49,821 bases of DNA, filler included, from Catajapyx aquilonaris (GCA_000934665.2; 3 parts of 3 records of this genome joined end to end with filler, not necessarily neighbours in it), one strand, 5' to 3'. Counted from the whole stretch's first letter, positions 34,575 to 48,377 are shown. Program-made: numbers and translations. Notes: a model not told the origin generated them from the letters alone.

Positions 34575-35278
34575 ATTTATACGTGTTTGTGAGCCAATTA
34601 TTATCCGAATAATCGGAAAACGTTTAATCATGTATTCGAAAAACGGCATGGACCACGACCTTTAATTTTAACCCCTTTGGTCTCAGATCTAGGTGATGAG
34701 ATTCGCTTCTGTTCAACTTCCACATACTCTGAAGATATGGACAAGATATTTAAAATAATAATAACAGCTATTATACTTACACATTCATGCTGCACACGAT
34801 GAATATGTTTGGAACAATTTTCCACTTCTAGAATTCTCTAAATAAATTCCCCAAAAAATCGCCGTAAAAACTCGAAATTAAATTGCTGCCGGCCAACTGT
34901 TAGGCTGATTTAATTATGAAATGCATTAAAATATACAGAATAACAACCTTGAGAATCCTGCTATGACAAATCTGCTGAATTCATCATACTTCATGAGAAT
35001 TAAATTAATACTGACTGCGGCTTGCCTCTCGCTCACTTCAAAAAACTTCAAAATTGATTTAATTAATATTAATTAAATTATAACGAGAAATTGGAAGAGT
35101 TAGTCGGAATCGCCCGAAACTTTGAGTGAACTACACAGGTGGGAATTACCGCTTCATTTACTAAAAACATTTTGGCATGCACAATAAACACATGCATATC
35201 TTACAATCATAATATTTTGTTATTTCATCTTCATTTTTTGCATAAATGTATGTTACATGATATACAGTACTGTACATA

Positions 35279-36046
35279 TGTGGAGTGACCAATCAAAACG
35301 CAACAAATGCCAAAATGTTCAAAATCGAGTTATAGGTGGTAGCACGGCCTTGAGGCCCGGGTCTACGTGTGTGTTAGATTGTGACATTTCTAAATGCAAT
35401 ATCTACCGTGTTATAAGGGCTGGAAAATGGAGTGTTGCTTCAAAATGCAATATGTGACCCATACCGGCTACTTCAAAACGCAACATGCGCCAAGCAGCCA
35501 ATGGGAGAGTGCGATGCGCAACTGTTACAAATGGCCACCGATATCTTACCAACCCCATAGAGTAAGCTAACCAACCCACACAGTACTACAGTAGTACGTA
35601 TGTTGTTCTCATCGACTCGCTCCAACCCCGAAGGGTGTATAAGTAATAAAATTTTGTAAAAAATAGCTAATAATGTTCTCATGATTAGCATTGTGTTTAG
35701 ATAATAATTGGTGTCAAGGATATGGTATCATGGTTCCTGCTGATAGAAGATACTAAGAATATTTCACAGTTTAATAATACGGCCAATGATAATGATCGAT
35801 CAAAACGCAACATCTGACACATGTGCCAATAATTCAAAACGCAATAAGTCAAATTTTGATTAATTTTTTTCTCGTGACTAGACAATTCCTGATTTCATTA
35901 ACATACACCATTAACCACCTCTGCCTATGGGCATAATGTACTGTACATGTTTCTTGGTCACATTCCATTTGGGAACAATCGGTTTTTGTTGAATATCTGG
36001 AAATGGCTTTGTTGGCGTTTGTTGCGTTTTGATTGGTCACTCCACA
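35279..36046. mobile_element. MITE with TIR tgtggagtgaccaatcaaaacgcaacaaa and TA TSD
   Basis: Perfect TIR, internal tcaaaacgcaa repeats. Confidence 0.85.
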
Positions 36047-37805
36047 TATACTGATGTTTTTCAGTGTGTAATGGCTAAGGAATGATGATTTTGGCCAAGG
36101 TTCATAAATTGCATGCAAAATGTATTCTGTTGCTGCAGATAATACGGAGGTATGATTTTTGTCTGTCTTCCCCTATACCTCGGTGCAATGTGCCTCAGAT
36201 CGAAAATATGCTGCTTATGATTATACAACGTCCTTTCCCACTCGCACGAAGGCATAGAATACTGGAGTGGGGTGATTTTCGCATCTGTCACTGATCTAAG
36301 TTAGGGCCTACTCAAAATCAAACTTTTTCGGCTGTATCTAGCAACAAGAAGACGGCATGAGAAAATTATGTTTTTTTTTTTAGTCCTGTCTGATTTACGG
36401 GTAGGCTAATTTTGCATTTTTGTGAGTAGTTTCATTAATAAATGCAGTAGTGTGCATTATAAGCATATGGAAAGCAGAAAACTTATGTATATTACTTGCA
36501 AAAATGGCAATTTGGCTATAACAGACCTAGGTTATAACCGACTTTTTTTCGCGGTCCCTTGAAGTATGTTTTATCTGGAGTCAACTGTATACACTATACA
36601 GTACCATATTGTTGGTCTCGGCACTTCCCAAAGTACTCTAACCGTTGTTACAATGCTGTATAGTTCTCGCTGTAGAAGGAAAAGAGCCTTCAGAACCTGA
36701 TGGCACTCAACCTGGGCCCTCCCATTAAATATGATTGTGTAATAAATGTTTCAAATATTCAGCATTAAAAACAGCAATATTAGCACAGCTTATTGGAAAA
36801 TTTTGAAAATGTGGGACTTTTAAAAGACCAATACGTCTCAATTTATGCATGAGACAGATCAAGACCCGGCGAAAGTGGCGCAATATGCGCAAGGTTACAA
36901 ATTGATGCCTGCTTTGATTTCTAGGTTACGTTACGTACATTAAACTACTCAGTATTGACATGGTGTAATCATTGCGACATTTCACGTATTGAAAAATGTT
37001 GAAACCCCAATCAAAAATATATGGCTGTTATAGTAATCAAATTGCAAAGCATTCAAACTGTGCCGAATCGCATATTACAGAGTGAGAGGGAGAGCGCGCC
37101 ATACACCGAGTGACGTACATGTGCGGGAGGGATGTGTTTTCGTCCCTCTCAGTGGCGGACCTGGTAGACTTAATCTAGACCTTGATGCCCAGAGCTCGGA
37201 GCAGTCCGCTGGTCCAATTAGAAGCCAAGACACTTTTTACGACCAAAATGGCGGTGGAGGAGATTGCCTACCTTTCACAGACTGTTCTCATTTTCCCCCC
37301 CCGCCGAAAAGTAAGTCGCAGAATATCAGGAATTTCTGTATGGTTTTTAGCTGCATGTCCACATACCTGGAAATATGCAGCATGGAGCTGTGTGTATTTA
37401 AATTCCTGCAGTAAGTGTTTGTTTCTGTTTCTTTACAATGAATGAGTCCTTTGGCCTATGACGTAGTGCGATTAAAAATATCACGCTAGTGGCGTAACCA
37501 CTTATGAACATAGAAACTATGAACATTTCCTGAGGCTGTGGTGAAAGAAATTTCTTGTGGTTATACCAGTGAATTTTAAGAAAAATAATCTGTTTGGTTG
37601 TATTACAATACAATCAAAACGGGGTGTGGGAGACATAGGGTTAATGGCTTGAGGCAACTTAACCCAGTATTTGACTCTATTGTCAAACATCTGTCAGAGG
37701 TTAACCTTTCCCACTCCCACCCCTATTTAACAATATCATCCAATCATGGTATCCCACACTTACATGTCATATGGCATAAACAGGGGACAAAGGTGCTTGA
37801 ATATA

Positions 37806-38551
37806 TGAGGGCCAGTTGGAAAATATGTTTCGATGAGCTGTGAAATAAAGACAAGTGTAATGAAAAATATTTTAATACTCACAAAAGTGAGTCATCCGTC
37901 TGCTACTTCTCCACATAGTCACCTTCCCAATTGAGTTACTTGTCATAACGTGGCACCATCTTTCATAACCCCATTACAATCTCGCCAAATGCAAATAACT
38001 CAATTTCTCCAAGCTAAAGGACAATGCCACCGAAATTCATAGGAGATGAAGGAGATGTGTATGGAATCAGGTGCATGAGTGACATTGCTGTGTCAGAATT
38101 TTCAAGAATGACAAATTGATGCCTATAATGAGGAAGGTCAGGGGAGAAAATCAGTGGTGCCTGACATTGTTGTTGAAAAGTCAACAAAGTGATTTTGGAG
38201 CACGTCAGGTCACAATTTCTGACGTGCCTGATTATTTTACCCCAATTTTGTGGTCAACTCTTTATTAGATTGTGACAAGAAACCTGGGCTATCACAAGCG
38301 TTGTGCACAGTGAGCTCAAGAACTGCAGAGCCAAAAAAGTGTGATAGGTTGGCTCAGTACCCCACAGCAACCTTCTCTAGGAAGGGCATAGAAAAGATGG
38401 TTCCTCATTATGACAAGTGATTGTACAGGTAGGCGACTATGTGGAAAAGTAGCATAAGAATGCAGCTAACCTTTGTAAGTATATATTTTTTTTTCCGTCA
38501 CTCTTGCTTTTCATTCACAGCTCATTGGAACTTACTAAAAAATAGCCCTCG
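37806..38551 (+). mobile_element. Internally deleted, decayed mariner
   Basis: Imperfect TIRs (gaggg...atgagctgtgaa), TA flanks, remnants ATEIHRR, LGYHK, KGIEKMVPHYDK, GDYVEK*. Confidence 0.8.
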
Positions 38552-38704
38552 TATAACTCTGAGAAAGTACATCACAAGGACTATGTTACCATCATGAGTG
38601 ACTCAGTTTGAACTTAAAATGTGGCTCCCATAGTATAAAAGCTGGAAAAAAGGCTAAGTGAAGTGGTAATTTAATTCGGTGATGAGGAAAGTATGATTTC
38701 TTAC

Positions 38705-38765
38705 TGTCACGAGCAGCAGCCATGATAATGAAGATGACAAGGGCGGCTACTCCCAGATGCTTCAT
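38705..38765 (-). CDS. Possible signal-peptide-coding exon of an unidentified secreted protein (MKHLGVAALVIFIIMAAARD)
   Basis: Exon 38785-38705 with tttttcacag acceptor, ccaccATG context, hydrophobic core and phase-1 gtaag donor. Downstream exons not found. Confidence 0.35.
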
Positions 38766-39933
38766 GGTGGACAGATTTCCACTTCCTGTGAAAAATGTGA
38801 AATGAAAGTAATGTTTGAAAAGCATACTAGACCTTTAGTGTGTAAACTGTAAAGTGACAGGAACTGCTGCGTGTGAAACCAAAATCTATGCTCTTGGAAT
38901 TAATGACTTGGATAACTGCCTGCACAGATTATTACTGTTGGTTACATTTGGTATTCCATGGAAAAGTCAACAAGAGCAACTTCCTGATTGGGTAGTTGAC
39001 CAGGAAGAGGCATTCCCAAGTCCTAGGTGTATATCAAAGGGCATTGAGTAAGGGTGGTACAGGTTTGGAGTAAGATAGCAAATTCTCATATTAGGGGCCC
39101 TCATGATATGTAGGATTTACTTTTAGAAAAGTAGCAATGCATAGTGAAATGATTAATTCCGAAGCATGGTTTCCCATAAGAAGGGCATTGAAACGTCTGT
39201 ATAGTTTTGAATCTTGTCAGCTCTTACATCATTATTTTATGGCAGTGAGGCATTCGATATTTAAGTTGCAGTCTGTGCAATGCATAGGAAATTACAGAGC
39301 ATGTTGGAATTGAGACGTACTAGTATATGTAGGTGCATTAGAATGGATGCAAAAATTGACTAACACACACAGCAAACTTGAGTTGTAAGTTGACACTCCA
39401 CATCTAACCACCACGAAGGAATGAACATCCAATCTTCTTAGTCAAGTAGTGTACTGTGTGTGAACAGAGTTAGAGCCAGGTTGACATTATCAGGCAAAAA
39501 AAAAAAAAAAGCATGGCAATGCCTGATGCATTTTACACAGTTTATTAATTGAAAATGGACTGCTCAATTGTGTTGTTGCAAATGTATCACCATCACATCC
39601 CCCCCCCAGGGAAGCGCGATTGTTACTTTCTCCCCCAACGATTGGATACATGACTGCTCACATGTAAATGCGGCTTCATACTCCAAGCTCTTAGCCCCCT
39701 CCATTCCATCCCCCTGCAGTCTCCCATCCCGTACCGGTATGGTGAATAGGCGCAACATAGTTTGGTATTGGTTCCCTGTTGGAACAGATATACAGGAAGT
39801 GCCTGTTTTATGCTGGTAATTGGTTAATTGGTGTAAAGTGAGACAAAATTATAATGTTAGTGAATCAGATAGGTTTAAAAATTTCCAAAAATTTTCCCAC
39901 AGACAGTAGGTACTAATATTGCTGTTTTTAATG

Positions 39934-40845
39934 CTCACAAGGGAATGTCACGGGGTGATAATGACGGATCTTGATGAAATTGATCATGCTAATACAGGAC
40001 AATATATGATACCCAAAAATGAAATATTTCGTGCGGAACCCCATATTTGCAAAAGTTATGACGTCTTAAAGTTCCAAAAATAATACATTTTCATACTCCA
40101 TGGGATTACATTAGCGACCACATATAATGACATTGAAGTGTGTACTAATCAGTTTCTAGACCTTTTCTCATTCTTTCAGGGAGCATGTGAATCGATATAT
40201 CGTAACCTAGGCAACATATCGATTCCAGTATCGGCTTGGGCGATAACATCATGGCGGCCGATGACGCTCATTGCAAACATATCCGACGTCAGGAATTAAT
40301 TCCACAGCCCCTGTGCCAGAGAGTCAGGTAAAACCCGGAGTAAATCCCCGAAAAACACGGTCAGGAATACACGGAAACTATAACTTCGAAATCCAACGAT
40401 AACCCGCCCGTAAAGTAGACTTGTGCGGATAGAGTGAACCCAGAAGACCGGAAGTGGCGGGTCACCAGAAGTTGACCATGAAACCTATTTTGGTCACGCT
40501 CAATCCGGATATGAAAACCGTTTGTCGCTATCTCTTACGGTTTAGGCCTTGATACCTGTCCACAGACGGACGGACGGACGGCCAGAGCCGTTCTGTAGGA
40601 CTTTTTTCCGATGAGAAAAGGTCTAGAAACTGATTACACACTTCAATGTCATTATATGTGGTCGCTAATGTAATCCCACGGAGTATGAAAATGTATTATT
40701 TTTGGAACTTTAAGACGTCATAACTTTTGCAAATATGGGGTTCCGCACGAAATATTTCATTTTTGGGTATCATATATTGTCCTGTATTAGCATGACAAAT
40801 TTCATCAAGATCCGTCATTATCACCCCGTGACCTTCCCTTGTCAG
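39934..40845. mobile_element. Foldback MITE with ~240-bp arms (CTCACAAGGGAA terminus)
   Basis: 39934-40171 is the reverse complement of 40611-40845, family member at 1-152. Confidence 0.88.
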
Positions 40846-43637
40846 TATTTGTTCATTTAATACGCAAGTTTAATGGGAGATTCCATATTGAGGATCATCG
40901 GGTTGTGAGGGTTCCTTTCCCTTCTTTGGTGGGCGACACGGGGGACCGTGTGAAGAGGTAGACTCTGCTCGTCTACATGCAGTCTACATGCAATCGTTCG
41001 AAACATGTTGGAGGGAACGGGTGACGTCACAAGCAGGGTCTACCACTTCTTACTCACACGGCCCTCACTTCATCACTTCGATGTGCTCTTCTGCCGCTGC
41101 GAAAAATATTGCAAGCAGTACGACACGATTAATTTCCAACACTGTACTCGCTCTACTGTCAATGTGAACAAATTTAGTGATCCGTGGACATGTCATCATA
41201 ATCATCTCTGCTTTACTCAATGAAGTAGACCCATCAGAAGCCTAAGTTGCCTCATGTAAGCATTTCCTAAGATATGGACATCCTAGCCAATATAGAGACT
41301 ACTGAAATGAGAGAGAGAAGAATGAAGGAATTACAAAGTAGAATTTTGGAAGAGATACATGTAACATTGATATCTCGCATTCAGATATTTTTGAAGGTAG
41401 GGATAGGTAAGCAAGTGGATGGGCCAGCAAAATCAGTTTTGAGATCAAGAGAGGAAAGAGGAGTGTCTAGTCAATTTTTTTATCCTACCAGTCCACCTTT
41501 TTTTTCCCAGTGTATGAAGGTATAATGTCACATGAAACTTGTCAAAATTCATCTGGGGAACACTTTTCAATGAAGACCATTCATGAATTGCCAGAACCGT
41601 AAGACTAAGACAAACTGGTGCTAAAACTATCCTTAATCCCTGCCAAAACGTTACTTTTCTAGTTTTTTGCGGGCCTGAAAAGTTTGCCAAATCCACCCTC
41701 CACCTCTGAAAATCCCACCCCTTCACCCTTGGACACCATCATGGCTCTGTCAGACAGACATTGCACTAGTCGCTTTCACCAAGTTACCGTCTGTGGCCTG
41801 GACACACAGGCCAGCTTTGTGCCAGGTTGAGCCCTGAGGACATCACCCTGCGTAGAAAGTGGGGGGATTTTGGGAGGAACTTAGCAGGACAAGAACCCCT
41901 CGCTGTGTTGAGCTAGCTGGGTGCGGTCACGCATAATTGGTTTAAACCTCTTCCCACCATCTGGCCACCTGTGCCCGTCACACCAATGACCCCTCCCTCC
42001 CTCTTCCTGCTGGCCACCCCCTCTTGTGGCCTGCGCCTGCTGGCTGACAAGTTTTGGGCGCAGTGAACGCAGCGAATTTGTCGGGCTCAACTAGGGAACA
42101 TCTGTCTGACAAGCGATCATGCTGTTAAGGCTTCTACACAGGGGAGTCCCTGGCATGAGACCCAGATCTCGCCCTTCTGATCCACCAGTCAGCCCAGAAC
42201 ACTGTGTCCCTCATGTCCGTTCCTAGGCCTTTCCCTTCGCACTTCAAAATGTTCCTTCGATCGAGCTTAGGCACCTGCCCTTCCCGTTGAGACAAAGGGC
42301 CAGCCACTCTGAGAAGTGGTTTGTTTGGAACCTAGATGGACTGGTGGGAAGAAGTAGGAAACTAGAGAGGAGGGTGGGTGGCGGCAGGTTGACTGGAGGG
42401 CCGAAACCTGTTGAAAGAGTGACTCACGTGGAAAAATTCAGCCGAAGGTCAGGACTGAAGGACTAGGCCAGAGATCTAGGGAAGGACCAGAGCCTCCCAT
42501 GTGTGCCCTTAGATGCTTAGAGCTATATGGGAGGATCACTTCATGATTATCCAGTTGTGTCCAAGGTTGAGGGTAGGGCCAAATGATGGGGCTTGGAGAA
42601 AACCAGGAATTCCCACAGGTTTTGGCACAGAGGATAGTGGCACACATTACCTGACACTAGTTCACAGATGAAATGGACCCCTAAGAAGCTACGTAAGCAG
42701 GTGACGATTATCAGACTCCTCCACACAACTGTTGATCAGCACTGGTGTCAAGAAAATGCCCAGGTCTTCTGCTCCTTTGTGTCTTCTCCGATCTGCCAAC
42801 TCTGCCTTCACCGCTGCTTATGAGTTCTATGCAGGAGTGTCAGATTTTACGACAGGTTGTGGCTCCAGTGTTGCAAGTTCGATTCCCCATGCATCCAGGG
42901 AAATTACCAAATAAGGAGATGTGCCAAGCACAACCAGAGCATTCCACAGGTCTAAAAATAGCAGATGCAAGACAATGGGGTGGGTTGAGTGCTGGTAATG
43001 AGGTTGCACAAATGGGGGAAAAAAGTGTGACACCAAGAAGTCAGAAATAAAAGGAATCCTACTGCCACTGACATTGGTGCACAAAATTTATCTCTAATTT
43101 ATGAAAACATCGTGATTAATCGAATGTATCGAATGTACAGGAAAGGCGAACAATAACATAATGTAAATGTAAAATAAGTCAACAACATTAATTGGATCAT
43201 CGGTATCTTTGGAATTTGCTTTACTTGAGGGAGATGTTGTATTGTATCATGCACAACAAAAGAAGGCTCAAGCATATTGTTGACAATATAGTGGATATTT
43301 GCTTCTAATGTTCTCTGTAGCGGTAGCCTAACTCTTATGTATGGCGTAACATCATACACCACCACTCATTAATTTCAATACTCCACCTGAATACTATCAA
43401 TTTAACCCTGCTTTGACTCGAAACAACTCCTAGGCTGATGAACCGGAAACATCATATCATATATCGTTCGAGAGCTTGTTTTTTAATCCACGTCAGGATA
43501 TGCGTGAGTTGTTATCTTATCTTCACTCTGTGATTTATTATCCTAAAAAGAATGTGGAAAAGTGTCATATTTTTTACTGCTAGTTGCAGACGTATTTAAC
43601 TGATACTTACAGGAGGCCAAAAACATCCCTGTGAAGC

Positions 43638-44028
43638 CTGGATAGTACAAATCTTTTTCTATCAAATCATAAATATTGAAACTAAGAAATCATCATTTGT
43701 GTAATCATATGTATATTGCATGCCCCTGCTATCTCTGCCATTTCTTTTGAATCATCAATACTTCGAAATTGTGCCCATGACAAGCCAGAAATGTTTGTGA
43801 TAATATTAAACAGCGCTCTATTACACGAAATTTTTAAAATATACTGTTTTAGAAAGTTTAATACAAAAGTACCCAGCAGGTTTCTTTTTGGTGGGAACGT
43901 AGTATTGAGGATTCGGAAGAAATGACCGAGATAGCTGAGGCTCGCAATATACTTAAGCATGATTACACAAATGATGATTTCCTAGTTTCAAATATATGAT
44001 TAGATAGAGAAAAATTTGTACTATCCAG
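43638..44028. mobile_element. MITE with ~70-bp TIRs
   Basis: ctggatagtacaaat...atcatttgtgtaatcat is mirrored at 43959-44028. Confidence 0.8.
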
Positions 44029-44199
44029 TTATGAATAATAATTATTGTTGATGCAAATTAGAAAACAATAGTAGTGATGCCACATTGTTAGTTTCATTAT
44101 CGACAGGCAGGGAAGGGGCCAGGGTGGGCAGGTGGGGCAGGCCCTGGGCCGAGGCGGAGAGGTAGCCGAGCCGGTACCTACGCAAATAGCGGGGAGAGG

Positions 44200-45020
44200 G
44201 CTCGGCTGTATAGGGGAGTGGGTCCAGACGTGCATGGTGACATTTGGGAATTAATTGCGGCCAAACTAGAGGTTGGAGGAGGGTGACAATGCTCCAGTCA
44301 TCGAGAGGAGATTTCGATTGTTCCGACGACGTCCGCAATTAAATAAATATCCACGGGTTATTTTACGGGGGAATTAAATAGGAAATATCTCGGCAGCTGG
44401 CAGGCTGCTGTAACCGTATGGGTCCAGGGGTGCATGTTGACCTTTGGGAATTAATTGTGTCCAAACTAGAGATCGGAAGAGGGTGACAATGCTTCCGTCG
44501 TCGAGAGGAGATTTCGACAGTTCCTACGACGTCCAATTTAGTATTACAGACCGGGCGGCTAATTTACGAGGGAATTAAATAGCTTATATCACGACAAAAA
44601 CCGCTGGACAAAAGAGGTCTGCTTGACTGTAACCACGTCTGGGTCCAGAATGCAGAGTGACCGTTGGGAATTAATTGCGGCAAAACTAGGGGTTGTATGT
44701 GTGTGACAGTGCCCTCGTCGTTGAGAGGAGATTTCAAATGTTCCAACGACGACCGTATTTGCTATCAATGCCCACTGGTTATTTTACGGAAGAATTAAAT
44801 AGGGAATGTCCCTAGAAATCTCTGGACGAGAGAGGTCTGGCCGACAGTGACCGTATGAGTTCAAAATGCAGGGTGATCTTTGAGAATTAATTACGGGCAA
44901 ACTAGGATTCGGAAAAGGGTGACAGTGTCCCCAACGTTGAGAGGAGATTTCGATTGTCCTGACAATGTCCATAAGTAAAATAAATTCCTACGAGTAATTC
45001 TGCGGGGGAATTTAATAGCT
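44200..45020 (+). repeat. Diverged tandem array, four units of ~200-220 bp
   Basis: g(g/a)gaattaatt at 44246, 44446, 44666 and 44882, each followed by gtgaca...gagaggagatttc. Solo unit at ~14915-15045. Confidence 0.82.
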
Positions 45021-45111
45021 AATTTCTCGACAAAAAGTGGGGCTTTGTCTCTGGACGACGTGACGCAACGACTGATACTTATGGACGTCGCGACGTCCAC
45101 AAATAGCAGTC

Positions 45112-45645
45112 CCGCTCATAAAGAATGGCATGACTCTATGGACAAAATGCTCATCCACAATGCCCAGCTGTTTTCCCTACCTTATTTCGACGTGACCCTA
45201 AGGATAACCTTTTCTGGATCTCTGGTTACTCGTATGACCCATCCCGAATTTTAAATAAAATTTTTAATTACGGTACCAAAATGTTCAACGGTAAACTAAA
45301 CAACGGGCTGACGTCAAGGTTTCCACGGAAATATCCTCACAGGAGACGGAACAATATGAGTAAACAGTGTCAACAAAAAAGCAACAATGTAAGAAACGAT
45401 GACGTCAGATCGTCGTTTGGTTTTCCGCACTATACAATGCTTTACGTAGATTTCATGGGAATTTTCTCCCTAAAATTTTCCCACTTTGACTTGTTTTTTT
45501 CTTATATTTTTTTACCTTATTTTGATTCCCCTTTCCCCGACTTCCTTGAGACACTTTATAAACATGCAGGTGACCCAGGGGTTGGGAACAGGATAAACAT
45601 TTCGCCCATATAAATTATCGAGTCATACCATTCTAGCTATGAGTG
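45112..45645. mobile_element. Degenerate MITE; internal part shared with 5877-5990 (inverted)
   Basis: ctcata..gaatggcatgactc / gagtcataccattc..tatgag termini, shared gaacaatatgagta...gatgacgtcagat...ggttttccgcact. Confidence 0.6.
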
Positions 45646-46982
45646 GCAGCAGGTGGCAGACTACTGATACATAATAACTTCGAGTTTCATCCCACCACGT
45701 AACATAATTTGTCACTTGTCACCACTTTATTCCCTTTTTCCTCGTTCCCACGCATGGCTGGACTAGGAGTGCAACCCCCCTTGTCTGCCATGAATGAGCT
45801 TCCGAGACAGCCGCCAGGTGTCAGCCACTTCTACGGGTCTTCCCAATAGTGGGCTGTGAAGTGTTTCTCTTTATTAGCAATTTATTATTTATTTAAATGT
45901 GTATTTATTAGTGCACCTTACTGGAAAATGACAGATTGTATAATATGGAGTCAAGTTGGCCATACAATCTTTTGGCCTTGGCTGTGGGAGAAAGAATTAC
46001 TATCATTTTGGCAAAATTTGTGCCACTTTGACTAAAAACATGACTTTGGAATTTTGGGGAGTACCGGTACTCAACAACTTGAAAAAAAATCCAGCAGCCT
46101 GCGTGATGGAATTTATTCTTGGTCCTACAGTCATCGGGGTGGTGAGAATGGAAGGAATGAAGGCTTCAAACTTAAACACTTTAAACAGGTTTCCGTCACT
46201 TTTTCTCTTTAATCATCTTGCAGAGAATTTTTTTTTTAGATTAGTTTGTGACGTCTTACAAAATCATGAATTAGCAAATGCACACAAAAATCATCTTCAT
46301 CTTAAAACATTCTCTCACTCAAGACCAAACATATTATCACTTGTCAAAAAACAATTAACATTCTTCCTTTCTAACAATCACACACACCAACCAACTCCCA
46401 CACAAACACACGATTTAAAATCAATAACTCAGCTGGAGACAGCTACAAGTCTTGGTACACCAACTGCTACTAGGCAAGCAGCTCCGTTCATTATATCTCA
46501 TACAGCGGCTGTTTCATAGCATCCTTTGGCGTATCCTGCAGGAGGGACCTGTGGCTATAGTAGCAAAGCTTGGTATAGCTCTCAGTCTCGCATACAGCCT
46601 TCAGCTTCAGCCTGCAAGGGAAGAGAAATGCTGTTCAGACAGACATGAATCAGTCAAGTACTGTAGAAGTCAAGTACTGTAGAACTTCGAACACCTGGCA
46701 TGAAAAATGGCATGAAAATGAAAAATAGGATGCCTTACACTTTTCTTTGTTTGCGTCACTGTGGACACTTATTGGTGTCCAAAAAAGCTGTTTGTCAAGG
46801 GCGTTGGACAGAGTGGGTTCGAGAGCTGCAGAATACAACGTGTGCATGCCAGATGCACATTGAGAGTACTCTTCTTTCACACACTCTTTGCCCGACTCAA
46901 AAATGACGTACATGAGGATATGTGATAATCGGAAAATGGTCCTAGACACCGTAAAATGAGCAATTCACAGGTTTTTAATATA

Positions 46983-47975
46983 CAGGGTGGACGGAAAGTT
47001 TCGGACCCCCCCAGGTTTTTTAACCCTACTTTTTACAGCGTCTTTTCACATCTTTTAAAAGTTCACAAGCAGTTCTAATGTACACTATCTTTTGAAGCAT
47101 AATCTTGAGAACATCTGAGCACCTTCGCTATCGCAATTCCATTAATACCTTCGCCTCTGTGACTCATCTAAACATCATATCTGTTTTGCGTTTATTTCGC
47201 TTGTTGCCTTGGAGGACCCCTGGTCATATTCTGCGTCAGATAAGGTTTTTATGACCCTTTTCCATGAGTTCCCCTTCATGCAAATGTTGTGAACTCACTC
47301 CTGACCTTATTTTCTCATTGGTCCATAACCTGGTCCAATAAAAATTTGAAAAGGAATGCATGAAATCCCGGATGCATTACTTTCGAATTTGTATACCATC
47401 ACATTTGTCTCCATTTTTACTTTGAAATAATTTTTGGGTGGGAAAGGACAGTAAACAGTCCTACCTTGGTAAATTAATCAACATGACACATCCTTTCGGT
47501 CACGTCCTTTCGCACCAAAAAATTATTTCAAAGTAAAAATGGAGACAAATGTGATGGTACCAATTCGAAAGTAATGCGTCCGGGTCCGCCATTTCATGCA
47601 TTCCTTTTCAAATTTTTATTGGGCCAGGTTGTGGACCAATGCGAAAAATACGGTCAGGAGTGAGTTCACAACATTTGCATGAAGGGGAACTCATGGAAAA
47701 GGGTCATAAAAACCTTATCTGACGCAGAATATGACCAGGGGTCCTCCAAGGCAACAAGCGAAATAAACGCAAAACAGATAGGATGTTTAGATGAGTCACA
47801 GAGGCGAAGTTATTAATGGAATTGCGAGAGCGAAGGTGCTCCGATGTTCTCGAGATTATGCTTCAAAAGATAGTGTACATTATAACTGCTTGTGGACTTT
47901 TAAAAGATGTGAAAAGACGCTGTGAAAAGTAGGGTTAAAAAACCTGGGGGGGTCCGAAACTTTCCGTCCACCCTG
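46983..47975. mobile_element. 993-bp Tc1/mariner-type foldback, ~467-bp arms, ~54-bp loop, TA TSD
   Basis: cagggtggacggaaagtttcggaccccccc termini, arms highly similar. Confidence 0.92.
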
Positions 47976-48377
47976 TACTACTGTACAGAGTGTATTCTGC
48001 GACATGCTGCTTGGTTTAATCAAAATAATAAAACCTACTATAGATTCTTACTTTGTCTTCTAAAAAAGTACCGGTATGTCATATTTGATATTTCTTTGTT
48101 GGCGAGACATGTTGACAGGGGTCGAATTTGCGTCCCACTGCTAGTTACTGCTACCTTAGCTAAGTTAGCAGTATCTAGCAGTGAGACGAAAATTCGATCC
48201 ATTATTTCGGACTTTAATTTTGAATTTGATTTTTTGGCGATGCACGGATAATCCACACCCAGATAATCAGAAGTACAGTGTATTTCAATCAACACCAGTG
48301 GGCCAGAGACCAAACATGGATAAAAATGAGATCATAAATAGAACCAAAGTGCAGCGTCTGTTTGGTCAAAAACTCAC

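Noticed and set aside
36676..36746. Possible terminal exon (EGKEPSEPDGTQPGPSH*) with AATAAA
   Set aside because: Too short, with no linked upstream exons.
41700..43060. GC-richer block, possibly a decayed LTR/DIRS gag-protease region (LDTQAS-like string)
   Set aside because: No sustained ORF or convincing motif set, so it cannot be classified by eye.
45956..46920. 187-aa ORF and TKNKF/FQSH strings as the last eIF4E exon
   Set aside because: No convincing acceptor with a KxxL helix. Part of the region looks like a decayed Tc1-like transposase.
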